Below are positions 18,548-26,333 of a stretch of 37,833 bases of DNA, piece after piece. Where the stretch lies: contig CAZQVD010000003.1 in assembly GCA_964596665.1 (NCBI GenBank), positions 2,162 to 39,994 on the forward strand, read 5' to 3'. The DNA is from an uncultured Dehalococcoidia bacterium. Lineage in GTDB: Bacteria > Chloroflexota > Dehalococcoidia > Lucifugimonadales > Australimonadaceae. How positions within the stretch are numbered: the stretch's first letter is position 1; each line of letters starts with the position of its first letter. The position numbers were made by a program, and so were the translations under genes. The notes under the pieces are model-generated. The model saw nothing but the letters and a program-made list of their open reading frames with translations. It made no database searches and was not told where the DNA came from.

Positions 18548-19549
18548 ATGACCACGATGCGAGAGATTGGCGAGTTCGGGCTCATCGTGCGCCTGGCGGC
18601 GCAGGTGGATGCGGCGGAGCTAAAGGGGCCCGAGTACGAGGGCTTCGCACTTCGCTATGGCATCGGCGACGATGCGGCGGCATGGCGGCTCGAGGGCGGC
18701 ATCGAGGTGGCCACGACCGACACAGTGGTGGAGGGGTCGCACTTCACGAGGGAAACAACCCCCTGGAACGACCTCGGCTGGAAGGCATGGGCGGCCAACG
18801 TCAGCGACGTCGCCTCCATGGGTGCGCTGCCGCTCACCGGCGTCGTCACGCTGGGTCTGCCCGCGGATCTTCCGGTGCGCTACATCGATGAGCTGTACGA
18901 AGGCATGCTGGATGGGTGCCACGAATACGGCACGCTCATCGTTGGGGGCGACGTGGTGAGCTCGCGGGACGTGTTCGTCTCCGTAACGATGAACGGCGTT
19001 TGCATCGGCGAGCCGCTGGTGCGCTCTGCTGCCAAGCCCGGTGATGCCATTGCAGTCGCGGGTCGGCTCGGGGGCTCGGCGGGCGGGCTGTTGCTGCTGC
19101 GGAGCGGAAGGGTGAGCGCCAGCCGGGCCAGCCAGGCGCTGATCGAGGCGCACCGCCGTCCAAGGCCGAGCGTCGACGCGGGACTTCGTGTCGTGCGCGC
19201 GGGGTTGCGCTGTGCGATGGATCTGTCCGATGGACTCGTGGCTGACCTGGCCAAGATGTGCCGTGCTAGCGGCGTGGGCGCGCGGATCGACGCAGAGCGG
19301 GTGCCGGTTGCTCCTGCGTTATTGGAGGCGTTCCCGGACGAGGCGCTCCAGATCGCGCTGGGAAGCGGAGAGGAGTACGTTCTCCTGTTCGCCGGCCCGC
19401 GCGATGCCGCGCGGACGCTCGCCGCCGAGTTGCCGAGCGCCGCCGTCATCGGCGAGATTACGGAGGACGAGCCGGGTCAGGTGAGGGTCGTCGATGGGTC
19501 GGGCGCGGACATACCCGTGGATCGCACGGGCTGGGAGCACCTGCGATGA
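18548..19549 (+). CDS. thiL: thiamine-monophosphate kinase
   Basis: EFGLIVRL...GIGDDAAAW...ATTDTVVEGSHF...ANVSDVASMGA are the ThiL/AIR-synthase-related motifs. 333 aa. The stop overlaps the tsaE ATG. Confidence 0.88.
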   Translation: MTTMREIGEFGLIVRLAAQVDAAELKGPEYEGFALRYGIGDDAAAWRLEGGIEVATTDTVVEGSHFTRETTPWNDLGWKAWAANVSDVASMGALPLTGVVTLGLPADLPVRYIDELYEGMLDGCHEYGTLIVGGDVVSSRDVFVSVTMNGVCIGEPLVRSAAKPGDAIAVAGRLGGSAGGLLLLRSGRVSASRASQALIEAHRRPRPSVDAGLRVVRAGLRCAMDLSDGLVADLAKMCRASGVGARIDAERVPVAPALLEAFPDEALQIALGSGEEYVLLFAGPRDAARTLAAELPSAAVIGEITEDEPGQVRVVDGSGADIPVDRTGWEHLR

Positions 19550-20025
19550 GAGGGGCGCTGGAGGTGGTGACGCACTCCGCCGAGGAGACGCAGGCGTTCG
19601 GGCGCTCGCTTGGCGAGTCGCTGGAGACCGGAGATCTTTGCCTGCTCAGCGGCGAGTTGGGCGCGGGGAAGACAACGCTGACCCAGGGCATCGCTTGGGG
19701 TGCGGGCGCTTCTGGCTACGCGCACAGCCCGACGTTCGTACTGGTGCACGAGTACCCGGGGCGCGTGAAGGTGTACCACCTGGACCTCTACCGTATCGAC
19801 GGCGGCGAGCTCGAGGCGCACGACCTGGCGATCGATGAGCTGCTGGCGGACGGAGCATGCGTAGTCGAATGGGCGGAGCGGGCGCCGGGTGTGTTCCCAC
19901 CAGGGCACGTGCGGATCCAGCTGGGCTTCGTGCAGGCGCCCGACGACCGCCGCATCACGCTGCATGCGGAGGGCAAGCGCGCCGAGCGGCTGGTGGGGGC
20001 CCTGCGGGGCGTCCGGGCGCGATAG
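19546..20025 (+). CDS. tsaE: tRNA t6A37 biosynthesis ATPase TsaE
   Basis: P-loop LSGELGAGKTTLTQGI, then SPTFVLVHEY...HLDLYRI. 159 aa. Confidence 0.88.
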   Translation: MRGALEVVTHSAEETQAFGRSLGESLETGDLCLLSGELGAGKTTLTQGIAWGAGASGYAHSPTFVLVHEYPGRVKVYHLDLYRIDGGELEAHDLAIDELLADGACVVEWAERAPGVFPPGHVRIQLGFVQAPDDRRITLHAEGKRAERLVGALRGVRAR

Positions 20026-20028
20026 GCG

Positions 20029-20748
20029 TTGGCCTACCTAATCATCGACACGTCAGCGAACCACGGCTCCGTCGCGGCCTGGGCCGAAGGCGAGCTGCGC
20101 CGCGTGCTGAGCTGGAGCTCGCGCCACAACCACACGTCGGATCTGGTGCCGGCAATCAAGCGCGTGATTGGCGATGCTGGGCTGACGGTCTCGGACGTGG
20201 CTGGGATAGCGGTGGCGACCGGCCCCGGCGGGTTCAGCGCGCTCCGCGCCGGGCTCGGAGCAGCAAAGGGGCTATCGTTCGCCACGGGAGCGCCCGTGGT
20301 CGGGCTGAGCACGTTGGAGGCGACCGCCTACCCCTACCGGACCATCGGATTCCCGATCTGCGCGATGATCGGCGCGGGCCGCGATCTCGTCGGCTTCGCT
20401 CGCTTCCAGCTACTCGACGGCTGGTGGACGCGCCGCTCACCAGACCGCGTGTCGCCGGTGGCGCGGGTGCTCGCGGCATCCGGACGGCATACGTTGTTCT
20501 GCGGTGAGGGAGCCGCCACGTACGCGGCGGAGCTTGCCGAGGCGATGAGGGCGCGGGCGCACGTCGCGGCAGACGAGCCGTCGCTGACACGGCTGCGCGG
20601 ACTCGCGGAGCTCGGTGCAGCCAGGCTCGATGCGGGGGACGCGGATGCCACCGCGGCACTGGCGCCTCACTACCTGCGTCCACCGGGCATCACGCGGCCG
20701 AAGCGGCCGAGATCCGTTCGTTACGGCGCAGCGCCGAAGGCTCGCTAG
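20029..20748 (+). CDS. tsaB: tRNA t6A37 biosynthesis protein TsaB (YeaZ)
   Basis: The N-terminal LIIDTSAN... and VAVATGPGGFSALRAGLGAAKGL motifs are present. It lies directly after tsaE. The start is TTG. Confidence 0.85.
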   Translation: MAYLIIDTSANHGSVAAWAEGELRRVLSWSSRHNHTSDLVPAIKRVIGDAGLTVSDVAGIAVATGPGGFSALRAGLGAAKGLSFATGAPVVGLSTLEATAYPYRTIGFPICAMIGAGRDLVGFARFQLLDGWWTRRSPDRVSPVARVLAASGRHTLFCGEGAATYAAELAEAMRARAHVAADEPSLTRLRGLAELGAARLDAGDADATAALAPHYLRPPGITRPKRPRSVRYGAAPKAR

Positions 20749-20838
20749 CGGGGCGCCGTCCAGGAGCGTGTGATAGCCTGAGCCTCCCGGGTGGCGGCTC
20801 TTCCCAAACACTCGCCGCCCGCGAGCGAGGAGCCCCCA

Positions 20839-21291
20839 TTGGCCGAACGAACCCTAGTGCTGTTGAAACCCGATGCTGTGCAGCGAGGCCTCGTCGGGCG
20901 TTTGATCTCACGCCTCGAGGACCGCGGGCTGAAGATTGCGGGCATGAAACTCATGCAGATGGACATGGATCTTGCCAAGCGCCACTACGTGGAACACGTA
21001 GAGAAGCCGTTCTTCGCGGGTCTCAGCGCGTTCATGCTGTCCAGGCCTATCGTGGCTATGGCGGTGGAGGGCAAGAACGCCGTCGAGTCGGTGCGCGCCA
21101 CCCTGGGCGCGACAAACCCGCAGAACGCGGCGCCGGGCACGGTCCGGGCCGATTTCGCGATCGACATTGGGCGCAACCTCATGCACGGCTCGGACTCGGT
21201 GGAATCGGCGGAGCGAGAGCTCGCGATCTTTTTCGTGGACGGAGAGTTGCACGACTACGAGCGCGTAACCGATCGCTGGATCGAAGAGTAG
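20839..21291 (+). CDS. ndk: nucleoside-diphosphate kinase
   Basis: ERTLVLLKPDAVQRGLVG...NLMHGSDSVESAERE is canonical Ndk. TTG 20839 is preceded by GAGGAG (20827-20832) with a 6-nt spacer. The ORF-track GTG at 20791 would add 16 non-conserved residues. Confidence 0.9.
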   Translation: MAERTLVLLKPDAVQRGLVGRLISRLEDRGLKIAGMKLMQMDMDLAKRHYVEHVEKPFFAGLSAFMLSRPIVAMAVEGKNAVESVRATLGATNPQNAAPGTVRADFAIDIGRNLMHGSDSVESAERELAIFFVDGELHDYERVTDRWIEE

Positions 21292-21304
21292 GCACGCTCC
21301 GCAG

Positions 21305-21700
21305 CTACTGGAGCCTGACCACCACCTGGCCCTTCTCCCACACCTCTTCCAGCGCGTAGTACTCGCGCTGGGCCTCGCTGAACACGTGCAGCACGATGTC
21401 AGAGAAGTCCAGGAGCACCCAGCCAGAGTCAGGGGTGCCCTCTCGGTGGTAGAGCCGCCGCCCGCCACGGCGCTTGACCTCCTCTTCGAGGTGGTCGACC
21501 AGCGCGTTGATCTGCCGCGTGCTGTCGGCGGTCATGATGACCATGAAATCGGCGAACGCCGACACCTCGCGGATGTCGATCAGCCAGATGTCGGCGGCCT
21601 GGTAATCGTCCGCGACGGATACGGCGAGCCTTGCGGCATCAGCGCTCTCGACTGCGGGTGGATCGGGTGTCGTGGTTGCTTTGCGGACCATCGTCACCAT
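21305..21700 (-). CDS. rsfS: ribosome silencing factor RsfS
   Basis: ADIWLIDIREVSAFADFMVIMTADSTRQINALVDHLEEEVK...WVLLDFSDIVLHVFSEAQREYYALEEVW is the RsfS/Iojap signature. The remaining 287 upstream codons of the 418-aa ORF are antisense to mnmA. Confidence 0.87.
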   Translation of the reverse strand: MVTMVRKATTTPDPPAVESADAARLAVSVADDYQAADIWLIDIREVSAFADFMVIMTADSTRQINALVDHLEEEVKRRGGRRLYHREGTPDSGWVLLDFSDIVLHVFSEAQREYYALEEVWEKGQVVVRLQ

Positions 21701-21832
21701 TATAGCGTTGGCAGGGCGCGCCCCGACACCCACTCGCTGCCGCTTAGCGATACCTACGTTGGAGCGGCGAGAGCTGTGACGCTTTAGTCCAGAACCGCCC
21801 GGCGCACAGTTCAACCCGTGTATCCTGAGCGT

Positions 21833-22951
21833 ATGCGCGCCATCAAGCCGAGCCCGTCGAAGCCACGCGTCGTCGTCGCCATGTCCGGCGGCGTTGATTC
21901 GTCGGTCGCCGCCTACCTGCTGGACCGCGAGGGCTACGACGTGATTGGCGTCACCATGCGGCTGTGGACCGCGGATGACCCAGAGGTCACGCCGGACCAC
22001 CAGGGCTGCTGCTCCATCGACGACATCGAAGACGCTCGTCGCGTGTGCCAGACGGTCGGCGTATCGCACTACGTGATGGACGTGCAGCGCGAGTTCCGCG
22101 AGCACGTCATGGGGTATTTCATCGCCGAGTACCAGCGTGGCCGGACTCCCCACCCCTGCATCGCCTGCAACGACCGGATCAAGTTCGACTTCCTGATGAA
22201 GCGCGCGGAGTCCATGGACGCCGCGTTCGTGGCCACCGGGCACTATGCGCGCATCGGGCTGGACGGGCGCACTGGCGAGCGTGAGCTTCTGCGAGGCGTG
22301 GACGCGGGCAAGGATCAGTCGTACGTGCTGTTCGGGCTGAGCCAGGAGCAACTTGGCCACGTGCTGCTGCCCGTGGGCGGCTACACCAAAGGGGAGATTC
22401 GTGCGCTGGCCGCTGAGGGCGGGCTGCACCTGGCGGACAAGGCTGACAGTCAGGAGATCTGCTTCATCCCGCAGGGCGACTACCGCGAGTTCCTTGGTAA
22501 GCACCTGATCTCTCGCCCCGGCGATTTCGTGGACGCTGCTGGGATTGTGCTCGGGCGACACGAAGGCATCGAGCGATTCACTGTGGGGCAGCGCCGCGGC
22601 CTGGGCGTTGCCTCCAATGACAAGCTGTTCGTGACGGCGGTGGAGCCGCAGACGGCCCGCGTCGTGCTGGGCCCGGCGTCCGACCTGCTCCGACGGGGTG
22701 TGCGCGTAGGGGACGTCTGCTACGTGGGTGGCGCGCCGAGCGGCCGGACGCCGGTTACGGCGAAGATACGCTACAACGGCCGCGACATGCCGGGCATGCT
22801 GGAGCCCGCCGGGGCGGTGGCGACGCTGTGGTTCGACGAGCCGCAGCGGGCCATCACACCGGGCCAGGCGGCGGTCTTTTACGACGGAGACCGCGTGCTA
22901 GGAGGCGGTTTCATCGACGGACCGGCTCCCGATCCAGCGCTCTCCGATTGA
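21833..22951 (+). CDS. mnmA: tRNA 2-thiouridine(34) synthase MnmA
   Basis: PP-loop VVVAMSGGVDSSVAAYLL, then CCSIDDIEDARRVC and KDQSYVLF. ATG 21833 is preferred over GTG 21818. Confidence 0.9.
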   Translation: MRAIKPSPSKPRVVVAMSGGVDSSVAAYLLDREGYDVIGVTMRLWTADDPEVTPDHQGCCSIDDIEDARRVCQTVGVSHYVMDVQREFREHVMGYFIAEYQRGRTPHPCIACNDRIKFDFLMKRAESMDAAFVATGHYARIGLDGRTGERELLRGVDAGKDQSYVLFGLSQEQLGHVLLPVGGYTKGEIRALAAEGGLHLADKADSQEICFIPQGDYREFLGKHLISRPGDFVDAAGIVLGRHEGIERFTVGQRRGLGVASNDKLFVTAVEPQTARVVLGPASDLLRRGVRVGDVCYVGGAPSGRTPVTAKIRYNGRDMPGMLEPAGAVATLWFDEPQRAITPGQAAVFYDGDRVLGGGFIDGPAPDPALSD

Positions 22952-23027
22952 CCTTGCTCCGACCGAGGGCTACGCTCCGGCGCAGCAAAGCCTGGACATG
23001 GGGCCCAGATACACGGAAGGTGATGGG

Positions 23028-24344
23028 ATGCTGACTGCGGAGCAGAACGAGCGCCTGACGCGAGTTGGGCCGGGCACGCCGATGGGCGAGTTGATGCGAC
23101 GCTACTGGCACCCGATCGCCGGGAGCTCCCAGCTCACCGAGGAGAATCCCACCAAGGAGGTGCGCCTCCTCGGAGAGGATCTCGTGCTCTTCCGCAGCGC
23201 TGCTGGCGAGCTGGGGCTCGTGGAGCCGAGCTGTCCGCACCGCAAGGCCAATCTTTCCTACGGCGTGCCGGAGCCCGAGGGCATACGCTGTGCTTACCAC
23301 GGGTGGTTGTTCGACGTGAAAGGCAACTGCGTGGATCAGCCGTCGGAGCCGGTGGGCAGCCGTTTCAAGGAGAAGGTGCACATCAAGGCGTACCCGGTGG
23401 AGGAGCTGGGTGGGCTGATCTGGGCTTACATGGGCCCGGCGCCCATGCCGCTGCTGCCTCGGTGGGATGTACTCGCATGGGATGGCTACCGAGAGGCGTG
23501 GTCAGTGATGCTGCCTTGCAATTGGTTGCAGTGTCAGGAGAATTCGCTGGACCCGCTGCACTTCCAGTGGCTCCACCGCTACTGGGGCGGGTGGAGCATC
23601 AGTCGCATGGGCACACCGGAGCAACGGCAAGCATTCTTCTCCAACGTGGCCGCGCGCGGCGCCGACCACCGCAAGATCGGTTTCGAGATTACCGACTACG
23701 GTGTGATTAAGCGCCGGCTCGTCGGCGAGGAGACCGAGGACGACGAGCACTGGCGCCTGGGCCACCCGATCCTGTTCCCCAACATACTGCGCGTCGGCCA
23801 CGGCTTGGAGCTTCGAGTGCCGGTAGACGACACGCATACGCTGCACGTGGTGACGAACTACCGGCAATACCACGACGACGAGGAGCGTCAGGCGGCCGTG
23901 CCCTTCGAGGAGCGCCCCCAGTACGACGCGCAAGGGAGGATGGTGCGCGACTACGTTCCGGCGCAGGACGCTGTCGCCTGGGTGATTCAGGGGCCGATCA
24001 TGGACCGAACGACGGAGCGCCTCGGCGTGACCGACGTGGGCATCATCATGTTCCGCAACATGCTCGAGGAGCAGCTGAGCCTGGTTGCCGGCGGCGAGGA
24101 CCCCATCAACATCCACCGCAACGCCGACGAGAACGAGGTCATCGTGCTGCCCTGCGAGTACTACCAGTACCCGGGATACGATGAGATTGGCGGACCTTTC
24201 AAGGACTACACGCCAGGTAAGCCGGATGTGGAGGCGGTGCTCTCCGGGGACGGCATGCGGCGAGACGAGTGGGCCGACGTTGAGGCGAAGCCTCGGACGT
24301 ACGGATCGTCCCAAGGCGATGGGCACTGGAACAAGCGTTCATAA
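23028..24344 (+). CDS. Rieske [2Fe-2S] non-haem-iron oxygenase, paralogue of 16733-18007
   Basis: CPHRKANLSYGVPEPEGIRCAYHGWLF. The N-terminal LTRVGPGTPMGELMRRYWHP is nearly identical to the first copy. ATG 23028 is preceded by GGAAGG. Confidence 0.85.
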   Translation: MLTAEQNERLTRVGPGTPMGELMRRYWHPIAGSSQLTEENPTKEVRLLGEDLVLFRSAAGELGLVEPSCPHRKANLSYGVPEPEGIRCAYHGWLFDVKGNCVDQPSEPVGSRFKEKVHIKAYPVEELGGLIWAYMGPAPMPLLPRWDVLAWDGYREAWSVMLPCNWLQCQENSLDPLHFQWLHRYWGGWSISRMGTPEQRQAFFSNVAARGADHRKIGFEITDYGVIKRRLVGEETEDDEHWRLGHPILFPNILRVGHGLELRVPVDDTHTLHVVTNYRQYHDDEERQAAVPFEERPQYDAQGRMVRDYVPAQDAVAWVIQGPIMDRTTERLGVTDVGIIMFRNMLEEQLSLVAGGEDPINIHRNADENEVIVLPCEYYQYPGYDEIGGPFKDYTPGKPDVEAVLSGDGMRRDEWADVEAKPRTYGSSQGDGHWNKRS

Positions 24345-24442
24345 TCCGGCAACGGGCGCCGAAATCGGCCATTGCCTCGTTTACTGATTCACGCGGGAGT
24401 GGCTATGGCGCGTGAGGGTCCTTCCGGAACGAGGAGCGTGCC

Positions 24443-25108
24443 GTGGCCGATGGCCCTATTACGCCAACCCAAGACGAGGAGCGCCGCCTGCACCTCGAGG
24501 GCTTCGCGCACGTCGCGGGCGTCGACGAGGTTGGTCGTGGGCCCATCGCCGGGCCGGTGGTCGCGGCGGCGGTCGTGCTGCCGGACCTCGAAGGCTTCCA
24601 CCACGAGGACCTGCACCTGATCCGCGACAGCAAGGCGCTGACTGCTAACCAGCGCGAGCGTGTGCTGAGCCTGGTGCACGAGCTGGCACTGGCCGTGGGC
24701 GTGGGCGAGGCGAGCAACGAGGAGATCGACCGCGACGGCATCGCGCCAGCGGCGCGAGCGGCCATGCGCCGTGCGTTGGATCAGCTCTCCGTCACGCCCG
24801 ACCACCTGCTGCTGGACGCATTCATGCTGGATTGGCACAAGAAGCCGTGCGTTGCCATCATCAAGGGCGATGTGCACTGCACAGCCATCGCCGCCGCGTC
24901 GATCGTAGCGAAGGTGCACCGCGATTCGCTCTTGACGGAACTGGGCGCCCGTTTCCCCGGCTACGGCCTCGCTGGTCACAAGGGCTACGCCTCGGCGGAG
25001 CACCTCGCGGCCGTTTCGGAGCTTGGGCCGAGCCCGGCGCATCGGCTCAGCTTCTCGCCTTTCAAGCTGACGCTGTTCGACATGACCGCGGCGGAGCTCC
25101 ATGCCTAG
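24443..25108 (+). CDS. rnhB: ribonuclease HII
   Basis: VAGVDEVGRGPIAGPVVAAAVVL...DSKALT...AAASIVAKVHRD. GTG start, with AGGAG 6 nt upstream. Confidence 0.9.
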   Translation: MADGPITPTQDEERRLHLEGFAHVAGVDEVGRGPIAGPVVAAAVVLPDLEGFHHEDLHLIRDSKALTANQRERVLSLVHELALAVGVGEASNEEIDRDGIAPAARAAMRRALDQLSVTPDHLLLDAFMLDWHKKPCVAIIKGDVHCTAIAAASIVAKVHRDSLLTELGARFPGYGLAGHKGYASAEHLAAVSELGPSPAHRLSFSPFKLTLFDMTAAELHA

Positions 25109-25475
25109 CGCTCGCACCAGGATCGGCACAGGTGACGAGTGGATCGCCGCGTCCTACCTCGAATCGCACGGCATGAGAGTGGTCGCGCGCAACGCACGCT
25201 TGCTCTTCGGCGAGGTGGACCTGGTCGCCGAAGATGGAGACACGCTGGTGTTCGTCGAGGTGAAAACCCGGCGCAGCACAGCGTACGCAACGGCCGAGGA
25301 GTCGGCCATGCCCAGCAAGCATGCGCGCGTCGGGAAGACGGCGGAGCTCTATCTGTAACGGCACCGACTGGAGCGCCGTCCCCGGCGCGTGGACCTGGTG
25401 GCCATCACACTGCAGATGTCGAGCCCCGCTACGATCGATCACGTGCGTGGCATTGACGTGGGTGACGTGGACTAG
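25101..25475 (+). pseudogene. yraN: YraN/UPF0102-family endonuclease interrupted by an in-frame TAA (25356-25358)
   Basis: The N-terminal part (GDEWIAASYLESHGMRVVARN...GEVDLVAEDGDTLVFVEVKTRRS...AELYL) ends at the TAA. The same frame then continues RHRLERRPRRVDLVAITL...IDHVRGI to TAG 25473-25475. That stretch matches the family C-terminus (CRFDVVA.. / ..I.DAF). Confidence 0.75.
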
Positions 25476-25479
25476 CGGG

Positions 25480-26313
25480 CTAGGCCTTTCGCAGCCCGGC
25501 GAAGCCGATCACACCGGGACCGGTGTACGTGCCGACTACGGGGCCGATGGGGCCGCTGATCATGGGCGCATCGATGTTCGCTCGGAGATGCTCGGCGAAG
25601 TCCCGCTCGTCGTCGCCCTGCGCTTCGTGGATGAACGCCATCTCTGCGTAGGGCCCGCCGCTGGTTGCTATCTCTCTCAGACGAGCAAGAGCCTTGGCCC
25701 GCGTGCGCAGCTTCTCCTGCGGGTGGACCTCGCCGTCTACGACCGTGAGCACGGGCTTGATCGCCAGCAATCCGCCGATCAGCGCCGCCGCTTTGCCGAT
25801 GCGGCCTCCCTTCTGCAGGTACTCGAGCGTGTTCAGCAGGAAGTAGACGTCCGTCCTCTCCGACGCTTCTCGGGCGGCGGCGGCGGCCTCGGCGAGCGAC
25901 GCACCGCCGTTGGCGGCTTCGGCCGCCGCTTTCACGACGAGCGCCTGGGCTAGAGACGCCGTACGAGTGTCGACAATCTCGATCTTCGCGTCCGGCACCT
26001 CGAGCGCCCCCGCCCTTGCCGAGTTCATCGTGCCGCTGAGCTTGTCGGAGATGTGCACCGAAAGGATCTCGTGGCCCTGCTCGGCTAGCGGACGGTAGGC
26101 CGCCTCGAAATCACCCACGGTTGGTTGCGTGGTGCGTGGAATGACGTTGCCGGAGGTGAGCCGCTTGAAGAAATCGGAACTCGACATCTCCACACCGTCT
26201 TTGTACGCCTCCTCGCCGAAGTAGACCGTGAGCGGCACGACGGTTACCCCAAGCTCCTCAGCCAAATCCTTGGGCAGGTCCGAGGTGCTATCCGTGACGA
26301 CTTTAACTGCCAT
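25480..26313 (-). CDS. DegV-family fatty-acid-binding protein
   Basis: MAVKVVTDSTSDLPKDLAEELGVTVVPL... is the canonical DegV N-terminus. 277 aa. It lies downstream of the DAK2 gene, as in many monoderm genomes. Confidence 0.88.
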   Translation of the reverse strand: MAVKVVTDSTSDLPKDLAEELGVTVVPLTVYFGEEAYKDGVEMSSSDFFKRLTSGNVIPRTTQPTVGDFEAAYRPLAEQGHEILSVHISDKLSGTMNSARAGALEVPDAKIEIVDTRTASLAQALVVKAAAEAANGGASLAEAAAAAREASERTDVYFLLNTLEYLQKGGRIGKAAALIGGLLAIKPVLTVVDGEVHPQEKLRTRAKALARLREIATSGGPYAEMAFIHEAQGDDERDFAEHLRANIDAPMISGPIGPVVGTYTGPGVIGFAGLRKA

Positions 26314-26333
26314 GAGCTTCCTCCGCGTGGTGC

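Noticed and set aside
21798-21832. A TATCCT hexamer 6 nt before the mnmA ATG, considered as a third leaderless promoter.
   Set aside because: There is no acceptable -35 (cccggc) and no properly spaced TG extension. The evidence is too weak to report as a feature.
21701-22561. The upstream 287 codons of the 418-aa minus-strand ORF containing rsfS.
   Set aside because: It is antisense to mnmA. RsfS homology starts only at about 21700, and RsfS proteins are ~115-130 aa.
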